Shown here: piece by piece, positions 18,421-29,875 of the stretch
Layout: each line of letters starts with the position of its first letter
Position numbering within the stretch: the first letter of the stretch is position 1
Source of the DNA: Oscillospiraceae bacterium
GTDB lineage: Bacteria > Bacillota > Clostridia > Oscillospirales > JAGBHD01
Direction: 5' to 3'
NCBI GenBank assembly: GCA_018110785.1
Contig: JAGBHD010000060.1
Span: forward strand, 11,238-75,237
Length of the DNA stretch: 64,000 nt
Made by a program: the position numbers and the translations under genes
Notes under the pieces: model-generated
The model's database searches: none
Seen by the model: the letters and a program-made list of their open reading frames with translations, nothing else
What the model was told of the DNA's origin: nothing

Positions 18421-20826
18421 TTACTTAACAACGATATTGAGAAGTCTTCCCTTAACATAAATTTTCTTCAAAACAGTCTTTCCTGCGATAAATTCGGCAA
18501 CCTTTTCATCGCTTAAAGCCATATTTATAATATCTTCTTCAGATTTATCTGCCGAAACGGACAATTTACTTCTGAGCTTGCCGTTTATCTGAACGGGTAT
18601 AACCAATGTGCTTTCCTTGCATTTTTCTTCAGAATACTCAGGCCATTTGCATTCCTCAGCTAAAACGCCAAATCCCGCTAACTGTAAAAGCTCTTCTGTT
18701 ATATGAGGAGCAAAGGGGTTTAAAAGAAGCATAAAGGTTTTAAATTCAGCTTTGTTTATGCTGCCTTTATCGCTTACTGCATTGAGAAGCGACATTAAGG
18801 AAGCTATAGCTGTATTGAACTTTAAGTTCTCTATATCATAGCTTACCTTTTTAATTGTTTTATGCATAAGCGATTCTAAATCGGAGGTATATTCTTCTCC
18901 CTCTGTTAAGATATCTAAAAGCGACCATATTCTTTCCAAGAAGCGCTTACAACCCTTAACCGAGGATACGCTCCAAGGAGCAGCCTTTTCGAAATCGCCT
19001 ATAAACATTTCATAGATACGGAGAGTATCTGCGCCGAATTCCTCGATAATATCATCGGGATTTACAACGTTACCTCTCGATTTACTCATTTTCTCGCCGT
19101 TTTCGCCTAATATCATACCATGGCTCGTTCTTTTTGCATAAGGCTCCTTTGTAGGAACAACGCCGATATCATATAAGAACTTATGCCAGAAACGGGAATA
19201 GAGAAGATGCAAGGTTGTATGCTCCATGCCGCCGTTATACCAATCAACAGGGCCCCAATAATTAAGAGCCTCTTTGGAAGCCAAAGCGCTATCATTATTA
19301 GGATCGCAATATCTTAAATAATACCAAGAAGAGCCTGCCCACTGAGGCATTGTATCGGTTTCTCTTGTTGCCGCTTTTCCGCATTTAGGGCAGGTAGTAT
19401 TAACGAAGGACTCGATAGTTGAAAGCGGAGATTCTCCGTTATCTGTAGGTTGATAGGACTCTACATCAGGTAATGTTAAAGGAAGGTCCTTTTCATCAAC
19501 AGGCACCCAGCCGCAATCGGGACAATTAACCATAGGTATCGGCTCGCCCCAATATCTTTGACGAGAGAATACCCAGTCGCGAAGCTTATAGTTTACCTTT
19601 TCTTTTCCTATACCCTCCTCGGTAAGATATGCTATAATTTTTTCTTTAGCTTCTGCTACAGAAAGGCCGTTTAAAAACTCGGAATTTACCATTTCGCCCT
19701 CGGCGCAATCGGTATAAGCCGCTTCTTCTGCATTTCCGCCTGCTACAACGGTTATAATCGGGAGCGAGAATTTCTTTGCGAAATCCCAGTCTCTGTCGTC
19801 GTGCGCGGGAACTGCCATAATCGCGCCCGTTCCATAGGTCATAAGAACATAATCCGAGATAAATATCGGAATTTCCTTGCCGTTAACAGGGTTTATTCCC
19901 ATAACGCCGTCTAAGCGAACCCCCGTTTTCTCTTTAACAAGCTCTGTTCTTTCGAAATCGGATTTTCTGAGCGCTTCTTCTCTGTATTTTTCTACCTCGG
20001 AGAAGTTTCCGATTAAATCTTTCCATTTATCTACCATCGGGTGCTCAGGAGAGATTACCATATATGTAGCTCCGAAAAGGGTATCGGGGCGGGTTGTATA
20101 TATTAAAAGGTCGTCTCCCGCGGTCGTTTTAAAGGTTACCTCTGCACCGCTACTCCTGCCTATCCAGTTTTTCTGCGAAACCTTAACTCTCTCAACATAA
20201 TCAACCTCATCAAGGTCGTTTATAAGTCTTTCGGCATACTCGGTTATTTTTAACATCCATTGGCTTTTAACCTTGCGAACAACCTCGCTTCCGCAACGCT
20301 CGCAGGCATTATTTACAACCTCTTCGTTAGCTAAAACTACCTTACAAGAGGTACACCAGTTAACGCTCATTTCCTTTTTATAAGCAAGGCCTTTTTTGAA
20401 AAGCTGAATAAATATCCACTGAGTCCATTTATAATAATCAGGATCGGTTGTATTTATCTCTCTTGACCAATCGAAGGAAAGGCCTAAGGATTTGAGCTGT
20501 TTTTTGAAGTTTGCAACATTATTTTTAGTTACGATCTCGGGGTGGATATGATTTTTTATAGCATAGTTTTCGGTAGGAAGACCGAAAGCATCCCAGCCCA
20601 TTGCATAAAGAACATTATAGCCCATAAGCCTTTTCTTTCTTGCAACTATGTCTAAGGCTGTATATGATCTGGGGTGTCCTACATGAAGACCTTGTCCCGA
20701 AGGATACGGAAACTCTACCAAAGGATAGAATTTGGGTAGGCTATAATCATTTTTTGCAGCATAGAGATCCTTTTCGTCCCATATTTTCTGCCATTTTTGT
20801 TCAATGCTTTTAAAATCGTATTTCAT
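18421..20826 (-). CDS. leuS: Leucyl-tRNA synthetase
   Basis: 801 aa with the HVGH (HIGH) and KMSKS motifs and the CP1 editing domain. Confidence 0.97.
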   Translation of the reverse strand: MKYDFKSIEQKWQKIWDEKDLYAAKNDYSLPKFYPLVEFPYPSGQGLHVGHPRSYTALDIVARKKRLMGYNVLYAMGWDAFGLPTENYAIKNHIHPEIVTKNNVANFKKQLKSLGLSFDWSREINTTDPDYYKWTQWIFIQLFKKGLAYKKEMSVNWCTSCKVVLANEEVVNNACERCGSEVVRKVKSQWMLKITEYAERLINDLDEVDYVERVKVSQKNWIGRSSGAEVTFKTTAGDDLLIYTTRPDTLFGATYMVISPEHPMVDKWKDLIGNFSEVEKYREEALRKSDFERTELVKEKTGVRLDGVMGINPVNGKEIPIFISDYVLMTYGTGAIMAVPAHDDRDWDFAKKFSLPIITVVAGGNAEEAAYTDCAEGEMVNSEFLNGLSVAEAKEKIIAYLTEEGIGKEKVNYKLRDWVFSRQRYWGEPIPMVNCPDCGWVPVDEKDLPLTLPDVESYQPTDNGESPLSTIESFVNTTCPKCGKAATRETDTMPQWAGSSWYYLRYCDPNNDSALASKEALNYWGPVDWYNGGMEHTTLHLLYSRFWHKFLYDIGVVPTKEPYAKRTSHGMILGENGEKMSKSRGNVVNPDDIIEEFGADTLRIYEMFIGDFEKAAPWSVSSVKGCKRFLERIWSLLDILTEGEEYTSDLESLMHKTIKKVSYDIENLKFNTAIASLMSLLNAVSDKGSINKAEFKTFMLLLNPFAPHITEELLQLAGFGVLAEECKWPEYSEEKCKESTLVIPVQINGKLRSKLSVSADKSEEDIINMALSDEKVAEFIAGKTVLKKIYVKGRLLNIVVK

Positions 20827-21191
20827 TAGATTTCCTCTCCCTCTAAAAACTCAGATTTATCTATTTCTTCGCCGTCCTGCCATAATCTTTCAAGAGAATA
20901 AAACTCTCTCTCTTTCTCATGGAAAACATTAACAACAATGCTGCCATAATCTAATAAAATCCAGCCTGCAGATGTATAGCCTTCTATTCCGAAGGGCTTT
21001 TCGCCCGCTTCTTTCATTTTAAATTCAGCTTCGTCGCTCAGCGCTTTGACCTGCGTTGTACTCGTTCCTGAGGCGATAACGAAATAATCGGTTACGGTTG
21101 TTAAATCGGCTACCTTTATAACGCGGATTTCTTTCGCATTTTTATCATCGAGCGCTTTAACTATTATTTTAATCTTCTCTTTTTCGGTCAT
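20826..21191 (-). CDS. rsfS: Ribosome silencing factor RsfS
   Basis: Start taken at the ATG at 21191 ([17 protein letters not shown]...), giving an ATGA overlap with yqeK. Has the DYFVIASG motif. Confidence 0.85.
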   Translation of the reverse strand: MTEKEKIKIIVKALDDKNAKEIRVIKVADLTTVTDYFVIASGTSTTQVKALSDEAEFKMKEAGEKPFGIEGYTSAGWILLDYGSIVVNVFHEKEREFYSLERLWQDGEEIDKSEFLEGEEI

Positions 21192-21757
21192 AAATCTTTC
21201 TTTCCTTTTTTCATAAACTCCAAGGCTTCGGTTGTTTTTTCGCAAACATATGAGCCCTTTTCTTTAAGAAAATCTATGCTCATTTCCAAAGCCGCCGTTA
21301 CAGCTTCGTCAAGATTTTTATAAGATAATTCTTTCAAATACGGAAGTTCTTTATAATCTCTGTCCTCGCTTATCATATCGGCAAGGTAGATAATTTTTGT
21401 TAAAGTAGGCATATCGGGCTTTCCCGTTGTATGATAGAAGACGGCATCGAAAATCTCTTCATCTTCTATCTTCAAGTAATCTCTGAGGTAAACCGCCGAA
21501 GAGTACGCATGCCATAGTTTTGGAGACATCATCTGGTCTCGGCTAACTATTATACCACCCTCAGAAATCAATTTCAACTGTTTTTCCGGAGAGGTTTCTT
21601 TCATTATATCGTGTAAAAGTCCGCTGAGATAGGCTTTTTCTAAGTCGGCTCCGTATAATTCTGCCAACTCTTTTGCCTTTTTTGCAACATTTAAAGAATG
21701 GATATATCTTTTTTCTGATAACCTATCGGAAAGTTGTTTTATTATCTCTTCATACAT
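21188..21757 (-). CDS. yqeK: HD-domain bis(5'-nucleosyl)-tetraphosphatase YqeK
   Basis: 189 aa with the HS...HD motif (HSLNV, LLHDI). Confidence 0.85.
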   Translation of the reverse strand: MYEEIIKQLSDRLSEKRYIHSLNVAKKAKELAELYGADLEKAYLSGLLHDIMKETSPEKQLKLISEGGIIVSRDQMMSPKLWHAYSSAVYLRDYLKIEDEEIFDAVFYHTTGKPDMPTLTKIIYLADMISEDRDYKELPYLKELSYKNLDEAVTAALEMSIDFLKEKGSYVCEKTTEALEFMKKGKKDL

Positions 21758-22349
21758 AAAGCTTTCTTTCCCTTATATATTCTGCCACAGCTTCGGGCAA
21801 AAGTTCATTTATATTTTCGCTTTTTTTGATTTTTTCACGAATCTCTGTTGAAGAAATTTCCAAAGGCTCGGTTTTTAAAATTTCGGTTTTAAATCCGAGA
21901 GAGCTGAAATATTCTTTTTTTGCTTGAAGCAAGGCTATATCCTCTTTATTTCTCGCTACTGCGCAAAAGGTTGCCATATTCATAATTTCAGGATAATTAA
22001 ACCAGCTTTCAAGGCTTAAAAACATATCCGAGCCTACCAAAAAATAAATTTCGCTTTCGGGGTTTTGCTTCTTCATTTCAAGAAGGGTAAAATAGGTATA
22101 GCTTTTTCCGCCCTTTTTAATCTCCCAATCGCAAACAGATAAAAAAGGGATATCCTTTGCCGCTAAAGAAAGCATATTAAGCCTATCTTCGTCCGCCGCC
22201 TCCTTGGAAAAATCCTTGTGGGGCGGCAATGCATCGGGAATAAGCAAAATTTTATCAAGGCTTAACTTTTCCATAAAGCTTTTTGCAAGATAAATATGCC
22301 CATTATGAACGGGATTGAATGTTCCGCCCAATATACCTAATTTCTCCAT
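21750..22349 (-). CDS. nadD: Nicotinate-nucleotide adenylyltransferase
   Basis: 199 aa with the GGTFNPVHNGH motif. Confidence 0.9.
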   Translation of the reverse strand: MEKLGILGGTFNPVHNGHIYLAKSFMEKLSLDKILLIPDALPPHKDFSKEAADEDRLNMLSLAAKDIPFLSVCDWEIKKGGKSYTYFTLLEMKKQNPESEIYFLVGSDMFLSLESWFNYPEIMNMATFCAVARNKEDIALLQAKKEYFSSLGFKTEILKTEPLEISSTEIREKIKKSENINELLPEAVAEYIRERKLYV

Positions 22350-22367
22350 TTTAAATTCCCTTTAACC

Positions 22368-22652
22368 TTAAATAACGATTTTCTTTTCCTTAGAGGGTTT
22401 ATAAAGAATAAAGCGCGAGCCTATCGCCGCTACTACCTCGGCATCAATCTTTTCCGCAATCTCTCTTGCGGCTTCTATAGCCGTATATCCCGAATTTTCC
22501 AAAACGCGAAGCTTTATAAGCTCTCTTACGGCTATGCAATCTGAAACGCTTTTAATAAGCTTTTCGCCTATTCCGTCTTTACCGATTTGAAAAATTGTAT
22601 CTATTCCGTTTGCAAGCGAACGAAGAGTTGCTCGCTGACGACTGTTAAGCAT
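22368..22652 (-). CDS. yhbY: YhbY-like CRM-domain RNA-binding protein
   Basis: 94 aa. Sequence LNSRQRATLRSLANGIDTIFQIGKDGI is typical of YhbY. Confidence 0.8.
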   Translation of the reverse strand: MLNSRQRATLRSLANGIDTIFQIGKDGIGEKLIKSVSDCIAVRELIKLRVLENSGYTAIEAAREIAEKIDAEVVAAIGSRFILYKPSKEKKIVI

Positions 22653-22672
22653 TGTTTTATCTCCTTTTTTAT

Positions 22673-23584
22673 TTATTCGCCTATGAGGCCCTCTGCAAAC
22701 AAATGGGCTGAAAAGGGTTCTAAATCATCTTCTTTTTCGCCAAGTCCTACGAACTTAACGGGGAGAGAATAATCTCTGCAGATAGGAATTACTATTCCTC
22801 CCTTTGCTGTTCCGTCGAGCTTTGTTAAAATAATTCCGCTAAGCGGCAAAAATGATGAAAACTCTTTAACCTGAACAACGGCATTCTGCCCTGTTGTTGC
22901 ATCTATTGCTAAAAGAGTTTCTACAGAAGATGAGGGAGCCGATTTTTCTATAACCCTGTAAATCTTTGAAAGCTCCTCCATTAAGGGCTTTTTATTATGA
23001 AGCCTTCCCGCGGTATCGCAGATAACTATATCCATATTTTTAGCCTTGGCTTTGGCTATAGCATCAAAAAGAACTGCCGCAGGGTCTGCCCCCTCGCCAT
23101 GCTTTACTATCGGAACATCTGCTCTCTCAGCCCAAATAGTAAGCTGTTCTGCTGCTGCCGCTCTGAAGGTATCGGCTGCTGCCAAAAGGACCTTTTTGCC
23201 CTCTTTTTTATAGCGGGCGGCAAGCTTTCCTATCGTTGTTGTTTTGCCAACGCCGTTTACACCGAGAACGATTATAACCGCCGGAGTTTTTTCGATATTC
23301 ATCTGGCAATCGACCGATGAAAGAATCGTTTCGACCTCTTCTTTAAGAAGTCCTTTTATTTTCTCGGGGTCGGTAATATTTTCTTTCTTAACGCGTTTTT
23401 TAACTGCCTCGCATATACTTTCTGCGGAATCCATTCCCGTATCGGAAAGGATTAAAAGCTCTGTAAGTTCTTCAAAAAAATCTTCATCAACTGTTCTGAA
23501 TGCTCCGACTAAGGTCGAAAACTTATCGCTGAAGGATTCGCGCGTTTTTGCAAGAGCATCTTTAAACTTCGATAAAAACGCCAT
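22673..23584 (-). CDS. ftsY: Signal recognition particle receptor FtsY
   Basis: 303 aa with an NG domain (GVNGVGKTTTIGKLA, DTAGR, TKLDG). Confidence 0.93.
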   Translation of the reverse strand: MAFLSKFKDALAKTRESFSDKFSTLVGAFRTVDEDFFEELTELLILSDTGMDSAESICEAVKKRVKKENITDPEKIKGLLKEEVETILSSVDCQMNIEKTPAVIIVLGVNGVGKTTTIGKLAARYKKEGKKVLLAAADTFRAAAAEQLTIWAERADVPIVKHGEGADPAAVLFDAIAKAKAKNMDIVICDTAGRLHNKKPLMEELSKIYRVIEKSAPSSSVETLLAIDATTGQNAVVQVKEFSSFLPLSGIILTKLDGTAKGGIVIPICRDYSLPVKFVGLGEKEDDLEPFSAHLFAEGLIGE

Positions 23585-23603
23585 ACTAATTCTTCCTTTC
23601 GGG

Positions 23604-26600
23604 TTAGTTTTCTTTTATTCCCATTTTTTGCTCAATTTCAGACACATTAAGTCTTAAAAGCTTGGAAACGCCTTCCTCTTCCATTGTAACACCATATAAA
23701 ACATCTGCTTCTTCCATAGTTCCTCGACGGTGAGTAATGGCAATAAACTGAGTTTTTTGGCACATTCTTCCGAGGTATTGGGCATATCTTGTAACATTTA
23801 CATCGTCCAATGCCGCCTCAATCTCATCGAGAATGCAGAAGGGAGAGGGCTTTACCATAAGGATAGAGAAATAAATCGCAATAGCAACAAGCGCCTGCTC
23901 TCCGCCCGATAAAGCGGAAAGGTTTTTGATTATCTTTCCGGGAGGCTGAGCTATAATATCAATTCCGCAAGAAAGAACATCGTTTCTGTCGGAAAGCTCT
24001 AAGGTTGCTGTTCCTCCGCCGAAAAGCTCAGAGAAAATCCTGCCGAAATGGCTGTTTATCTTCTCGAAGTTTTCTAAGAATATGCGGCTCATATCCCTTG
24101 TAAGCTCGCTTATAAGCTTTAAAAGCTCTTCTTTTGAGCGTTCTACATCATCAACCTGCTTTTTAAGGAACTCATAGCGCTCGCTAACTTCCTTGTATTC
24201 TTCCATAGCCCCTAAATTAACATTGCCTAATCCTCGGATTTTATTTTTAATATCGGCTAAGGATTTTCCTGCAGCGGCTACATCTTCCAATTCTCCAGCC
24301 TCTGTTATAGCATCATTTCTTGTTAATTCATACTCATTCCAGAGCTTGGATATAATCGAATCGTAATCCGCCTGCTTGGTTATGCGGCGCTCTTCCATAC
24401 GGGCGATTTCTGCGGACAAGGCTTCCTTGCGGTCGCTCTTTTCTCTTTCGCCTGAACGGATTTCGGAAATTCGCTTTTCGGCGCCGTTTCTCTCCTCGGT
24501 CAATATCATAACCTTTTCTTTAAGGCTTGTAATTTCCAATCGGCTGTCTTCTGTTTCTTTCTCCATAAGAGAAATTTCTTCCCTTTTGAGAGAAATTAAG
24601 TTTTCTGCCTGAGTTTTTCTCGAAATAAGGTCTTCGTTTTTGCCCATATGCTGCTGCTTTTGCTCATTTAACGAATCAACTGCAGCATTTATATTTTCGA
24701 TATCCTTTCTTACCTCTAAAAGCATCATCTTACCGTTTACTATTTTCTCGGTAATAGCCTCTCTTTCGGCGCTTAAGGAATCCTTATTATCCGATACCCC
24801 TTCGAGTTCTTTTTCTGCCGTTTCGCGCTCTTCTTTCAAGCGGTCAATTTCTTTTTTATTCTCGTTTAAAGAAAGATTATGAAGCTCTTTTGCGGTTTTT
24901 ATCTTCTGGAGCTCGCTTTCAGCCTCGTCTTTAGCTATAGAGATTTCCTCTAAAATTCCAGATAAGCGCTTATGCTCTGCTTCATATCGGATAGTATCCT
25001 CTATAAAGGTCTGCTGTTCGCTGTCTATAGCAAGTTTTTTAGCTTCAAGCCCCGACATCTCTTCTTTTAAGCTTTCGATATCCTCATTAAAGCCGTCGGC
25101 TTTCTTTTTAAGCTCTTCAGCTTCATTTTTGAGCCTTTCGATCTCTCCCGCGCGAGATAAAATTCCGCTTGAACGGGAGAGCGATCCGCCCGTAAACGAG
25201 CCGCCCGCATTTATAACCTGACCGTCTAAGGTTACGGTTTTAAAGCGGTAAGAATATTTTTTAGCTATGTAAGCGGCTGAGTCTAAATCCTCGGCAACTG
25301 CAACTCTGCCCAGAAGATATTTTATAACGGTATCATATTTTTTATCATATTCTACAAGCTCTGCCGCCGTATTTATATATCCCGCCGCATCGTCTAATCC
25401 GTTTTCGGATAAAACAGAGGGCTTTAAGGATGTTATCGGCAAAAATGTCGCTCTGCCCTGATTGGTTTGCTTTAAGAAAGAAATTGCCGCCTTTGCCGCC
25501 TCTTCATTCTCAACTACGATATTCTGCATTGCCGCGCCCAAGGCTGTTTCTATAGCGGCGGCATATTTTGAGGGAACGCTTATAAGCTTACTAACAGGCC
25601 CATGAATTCCTCTAAGTCCCCCGTCTTTAGCTCTTTTCATCGTTGCCTTAACGCTAAAGCCGAAGCCCTCCATATTTTTCTCAAGGTCGGATAAAATTGC
25701 GGCGCGGGAAAGCTTTTCTTCTGCTTCTTTTATAAATGCGCCCTGCTCGGATAAATATTTATCGAGCTTTGCTTTTCTCATATCATAAAGCGAAAGAACA
25801 CCCTTTTTAGCGTTTTCAAATTCGCCTGTTTTCTCTGAGAGAGCATCTAAAAGCTCCTTGCAGTTTTTCTCTTCTTCTAAAACTCCCTCTTCGGCTTCTT
25901 TTTTAGCCTTAAGGTTTTCTTTTATTGCCGATTCTCTTTCCGAAAGGTTATTGATTGCCGCCTCGGCGGTTGCAATAGCTATAGTTTTATCGGATATTCC
26001 GATAGAAGCCTCGCTTATTATTTTAGAAAGATTGTCCTCCTTTTCGGAAACCGATCCGCCGCGGCTATCGAGCTCTGCCAAAGCGGCATTGTTTTTTTCC
26101 TCTTCCCCTAAAAGCTCTGCTTCTTTCGCCAAAAGCGATGATAACTGCTCTTTTTTTCGGGAAATTTCTTCTTCGGTTTTTCCCGATAAATCGCCCTCTG
26201 CCAAAAGCGACTGATTTATTCTTTCAATCTCCTCTTCTAAATGGAGAATATCATTTTCGGTTACGGCGCGGCGGGATTTAGAAGCCGATATATTCTCTTC
26301 CTTTTCGGAAATCTCCCTACGAAGCGATTCTATCTCTCCGCCTAATCTCTGAGCATTCTCGAATACATCCTCAACTGCTTTATCTATGTTTTTAAGTTCT
26401 TCTGCCAAAAGCTCATATTCGGTTTTAACTGCCGTTATTTTATTTTCATGGGCTCTGAGCTCATTTTTTATTTTTCCAAGACGGTTTACCCAAAGGGAAA
26501 TCTCAAGCTTTCTTTTCTCTGCCGAAAGGGCAATAAATTTCTGAGCCTTTTCGCTCTGCTCCTTTAAAGGGGCAACACGACCTTCTAATTCGACTAATAT

Positions 26601-27179
26601 ATCGCGAAGACGCAAAAGGTTATCCTCAGCCTGAGCTAATTTTCTTTCGGACTCCTCTTTGCGATAACGATATTTTGAAATTCCCGAAGCCTCCTCAAAA
26701 ATCTCGCGGCGCTCATTTGATTTAGCTCCGATAATTTCGGCAATTCTGCCCTGACCGATAAGCGAATAACCATCGCGGCCAAGACCTGTATCCATAAATA
26801 ATTCATGGATATCGCGAAGGCGAACCGCATTTCCGTTAATACGGTATTCACTCTCGCCTGAGCGGAAATATTTTCTTGTTACTAAAATTTCATCGCTGTC
26901 AATAGCGGCTGAACGAGAACTGTTATCAATAGAAAGGGTTACTTCAGCGAAGCTCTGCGCCTTTCTTGCTTTAGTTCCGTTGAAGATAACATCTTCCATC
27001 TTTCCGCCGCGGAGCGTTTTTGCAGACTGCTCGCCAAGCACCCAGCGAACAGCGTCGCTGATATTACTTTTTCCGCTTCCGTTAGGTCCTACAACGGCGG
27101 TTATGCCATCATCGAAATTCAGTTTTATTTTGTCGGGGAAGGATTTAAACCCCTGCATTTCAAGTGATTTTAATCTCAC
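23604..27179 (-). CDS. smc: Chromosome segregation protein SMC
   Basis: 1191 aa with Walker A GPNGSGKSN, long coiled coils, a hinge, and the C-terminal LSGGE signature. Confidence 0.95.
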   Translation of the reverse strand: MRLKSLEMQGFKSFPDKIKLNFDDGITAVVGPNGSGKSNISDAVRWVLGEQSAKTLRGGKMEDVIFNGTKARKAQSFAEVTLSIDNSSRSAAIDSDEILVTRKYFRSGESEYRINGNAVRLRDIHELFMDTGLGRDGYSLIGQGRIAEIIGAKSNERREIFEEASGISKYRYRKEESERKLAQAEDNLLRLRDILVELEGRVAPLKEQSEKAQKFIALSAEKRKLEISLWVNRLGKIKNELRAHENKITAVKTEYELLAEELKNIDKAVEDVFENAQRLGGEIESLRREISEKEENISASKSRRAVTENDILHLEEEIERINQSLLAEGDLSGKTEEEISRKKEQLSSLLAKEAELLGEEEKNNAALAELDSRGGSVSEKEDNLSKIISEASIGISDKTIAIATAEAAINNLSERESAIKENLKAKKEAEEGVLEEEKNCKELLDALSEKTGEFENAKKGVLSLYDMRKAKLDKYLSEQGAFIKEAEEKLSRAAILSDLEKNMEGFGFSVKATMKRAKDGGLRGIHGPVSKLISVPSKYAAAIETALGAAMQNIVVENEEAAKAAISFLKQTNQGRATFLPITSLKPSVLSENGLDDAAGYINTAAELVEYDKKYDTVIKYLLGRVAVAEDLDSAAYIAKKYSYRFKTVTLDGQVINAGGSFTGGSLSRSSGILSRAGEIERLKNEAEELKKKADGFNEDIESLKEEMSGLEAKKLAIDSEQQTFIEDTIRYEAEHKRLSGILEEISIAKDEAESELQKIKTAKELHNLSLNENKKEIDRLKEERETAEKELEGVSDNKDSLSAEREAITEKIVNGKMMLLEVRKDIENINAAVDSLNEQKQQHMGKNEDLISRKTQAENLISLKREEISLMEKETEDSRLEITSLKEKVMILTEERNGAEKRISEIRSGEREKSDRKEALSAEIARMEERRITKQADYDSIISKLWNEYELTRNDAITEAGELEDVAAAGKSLADIKNKIRGLGNVNLGAMEEYKEVSERYEFLKKQVDDVERSKEELLKLISELTRDMSRIFLENFEKINSHFGRIFSELFGGGTATLELSDRNDVLSCGIDIIAQPPGKIIKNLSALSGGEQALVAIAIYFSILMVKPSPFCILDEIEAALDDVNVTRYAQYLGRMCQKTQFIAITHRRGTMEEADVLYGVTMEEEGVSKLLRLNVSEIEQKMGIKEN

Positions 27180-27183
27180 AGCT

Positions 27184-28185
27184 TTATTCCTTTCCGATTT
27201 TTATTTCGTATTTCCCTAATTTCTCATCGGTTAAAATTTTCACTTCCAAGCCTTTCGCTGAAAGCCTTTTTATGTTCTCTTTTTTGTTCCCCAAAGCTTT
27301 GCTTATGCTAAAGGGAGAAACCGAAACAAATGCTTTTTTTATCTCTCTTTCATTCATTTCTTTCTCTATTTTATCACAAAACAGCCTACTTTCGCAAAGT
27401 TCTTTAAAAGAGGGGTGGTAAGGACCTGCAACAAGGCTTTCTTCTAAGCTTTTTTCGCTATGAAGCCCCATCTTTATAATTTCTATTCCCGCTTCACCGA
27501 AAAGCTTTAATGCTTTAGCGCAGACAGAAACTGCCTTTTCGAGAGTAAGCGGAGAATATTCTCCGCCGAGATACAATTTTTCAAGGCGGGTTCCTTTAAC
27601 TACCAAGGTAGGATAAACCCGAACAGTATCGGGCTTTATCTTTAAAACATCTGAAATTGTTTTTTCTATAGTTTCGTCGGTATCGCCGTAAAGTCCGGGC
27701 ATAATCTGAAGACCAAGCCCGAAGCCATATTTTCTTATTCTTTCTGCCGCCGAAAAAATATCTTCGGCAGTGTGTCCTCTTTCGTTTAATAAAAGAACCT
27801 TATCGTTCGTACTCTGCGCTCCGATTTCTATATCCCGAACGCCGTACTGCTTTAAAAGCGATAAAATATCATCACCTACAGCATCAGGTCTTGTAGAAAT
27901 TCTGATTCCCTTTAAAGAATACTCGTCTATCAATTTCTTTCCGACCGATAAAAATTCCAACATTTTGCTCTTTTCGATAGCCGTAAAGCTGCCGCCGAAA
28001 AAGGCAATCTCGGTTTCTTTTCTATCGCTTTCCGAAAGCCTCAATGCTTCTTTCGAAGCCGTAATATAAACCTCTTCGGGAGTAATAAGACTTTCTTCTC
28101 CCGATATGCTTCTCTGCTCGCAGAAGCTGCATCTGTGTTTACATCCCATATGAGGGATAAAAAACGCGATATTTCTGTGTTTCAT
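27184..28185 (-). CDS. Radical SAM protein (ELP3/coproporphyrinogen-oxidase-like)
   Basis: 333 aa with the CKHRCSFC (CxxxCxxC) cluster near the N-terminus. Sits between rnc and smc. Confidence 0.7.
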   Translation of the reverse strand: MKHRNIAFFIPHMGCKHRCSFCEQRSISGEESLITPEEVYITASKEALRLSESDRKETEIAFFGGSFTAIEKSKMLEFLSVGKKLIDEYSLKGIRISTRPDAVGDDILSLLKQYGVRDIEIGAQSTNDKVLLLNERGHTAEDIFSAAERIRKYGFGLGLQIMPGLYGDTDETIEKTISDVLKIKPDTVRVYPTLVVKGTRLEKLYLGGEYSPLTLEKAVSVCAKALKLFGEAGIEIIKMGLHSEKSLEESLVAGPYHPSFKELCESRLFCDKIEKEMNEREIKKAFVSVSPFSISKALGNKKENIKRLSAKGLEVKILTDEKLGKYEIKIGKE

Positions 28186-28865
28186 TCGCCCATTAACTCC
28201 AAAGCCTCTTTTGCCGCAAGCTGCTCTGCCTGCTTTTTGCTTTTGCCCTCGGCAGATGCTATAACATTGGAATTAAGCATCAGCTCAACCTTAAAGCGTT
28301 TATCATGGTCGGGACCTGTTTCCCCTACTAAAACATATCTTATCTTTTCTTCGGGGTTTTTCTGTATAACCTCTTGGAAAATCGTTTTATAATCTTCCTC
28401 TGTATAATTTTGGCTCAGCTTCTCTTCTATAAAGCGAAGAATAAATTTTTTCGCGGTATCAAAGCCGCCGTCGAGATATATAGCCGCAATTACAGCCTCA
28501 AAAGCATCAGAAGTAATGCTAGGTCGGTGTCTTCCGCCGCCAATTTCCTCGCCATGTCCAAGATACAAAAAATCTCCTAACGAAATTTTTGCGGCATATT
28601 CCGAGAGAGCCGCTTCGCAAACAAGATTAGCTCGCATTTTGGTCATTTCCCCCTCAGGGTAACGATCATTCTGACTAAAAAGATACTCGGCAACCGTTAA
28701 GGATAAAACACTGTCGCCCAAAAATTCCAAGCGCTCGTTGCTTTTTTCTCCTCTTCTTCTTTCATTTACAAAAGAGGTGTGCTTTAAAGCATTCTCCAAA
28801 AGTTCTCTGTTTCGAAAACTATATCCGATTTTTTCTTCTAAAACCGCTAAGTTATCGTTTCTCAT
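28182..28865 (-). CDS. rnc: Ribonuclease III
   Basis: 227 aa with the NERLEFLGDSVL catalytic signature and a C-terminal dsRBD. Confidence 0.93.
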   Translation of the reverse strand: MRNDNLAVLEEKIGYSFRNRELLENALKHTSFVNERRRGEKSNERLEFLGDSVLSLTVAEYLFSQNDRYPEGEMTKMRANLVCEAALSEYAAKISLGDFLYLGHGEEIGGGRHRPSITSDAFEAVIAAIYLDGGFDTAKKFILRFIEEKLSQNYTEEDYKTIFQEVIQKNPEEKIRYVLVGETGPDHDKRFKVELMLNSNVIASAEGKSKKQAEQLAAKEALELMGE

Positions 28866-29875
28866 TCTTTTTCCTCTTTCATTTCGGGAAGGGAACTGAG
28901 TCCCTCGCGGAATTTATCTATCATATTGCTTTCAACGCATTTTGCCGCCTGACGGATAGCATTCTTTATCGCCTTGCTGTTAGAGCTTCCGTGAGCCTTG
29001 ATAACGGGCTTTAGGGTACCTAAAAGGGGGGCGCCGCCATGCTCTGAATAGTCCATGCTCTTTTTAAAGTCTTTTATTCCGCCCATTAAAGGTAAGGTTG
29101 CAAGCTTGGTTATAATATTTTTCTTAAAAACGGCCTTTAATTTTCTTGAGAATGTTTTAGCGAGGCCCTCTGTTAATTTTAAAATAACATTTCCCGTAAA
29201 TCCATCGCAAACTATAACATCGCAATCAGAAGAGGGAATATCTCTCGGCTCAATATTTCCCGAGAAATTAAGGTTTGCTTTCTCTAAAAGCTCATAGGCT
29301 TCAAGCTGCAATTCTGTTCCCTTAGTTTTCTCGGCGCCGATATTAACAAGACCAACATTCGGATTAGGGATTCCGTAAATTTTATTCATATAAGCGCTGC
29401 CCATTGCCGCAAACTGCAAAAGCATCTGCGGACGGCAAACTGCATTAGCTCCGACATCTAAAACCAAGCTGTTCTTCTTTTCGCAGGGAATAACGGTAGC
29501 TAAAGCGGATCTTTTAATTCCTTTAAGCCTTTTAACAATAAGGGTAGCCCCTACAACCAGCGCCGCGGTGCTTCCCGCTGAAACAAATGCATCGCCCTCT
29601 CCGTCGGCTAACATTTTAAGTCCTCTAGACATCGAGCTGTCTTTTTTCTTTTTTAAAACATCTGTAGGATCATCGCACATTTCGATAACCTCAGAGCAAT
29701 CTATTATATCGATATTTTGGAGGGATATTTTATTTTCAGCCGCTACCTTTTCTATTATTTCTTTTTTGCCGGTAAGTATAATATTAACACCAAGTTCTTT
29801 AACTGCTAAAGCCGCGCCTTCTATTACGGCCTTGGGGGCATTATCCCCTCCGAAAGCATCAACTATAATTTTCAT
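28862..29875 (-). CDS. plsX: Phosphate acyltransferase PlsX
   Basis: 337 aa. Sequence MKIIVDAFGGDNAP is typical of PlsX. Confidence 0.93.
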   Translation of the reverse strand: MKIIVDAFGGDNAPKAVIEGAALAVKELGVNIILTGKKEIIEKVAAENKISLQNIDIIDCSEVIEMCDDPTDVLKKKKDSSMSRGLKMLADGEGDAFVSAGSTAALVVGATLIVKRLKGIKRSALATVIPCEKKNSLVLDVGANAVCRPQMLLQFAAMGSAYMNKIYGIPNPNVGLVNIGAEKTKGTELQLEAYELLEKANLNFSGNIEPRDIPSSDCDVIVCDGFTGNVILKLTEGLAKTFSRKLKAVFKKNIITKLATLPLMGGIKDFKKSMDYSEHGGAPLLGTLKPVIKAHGSSNSKAIKNAIRQAAKCVESNMIDKFREGLSSLPEMKEEKE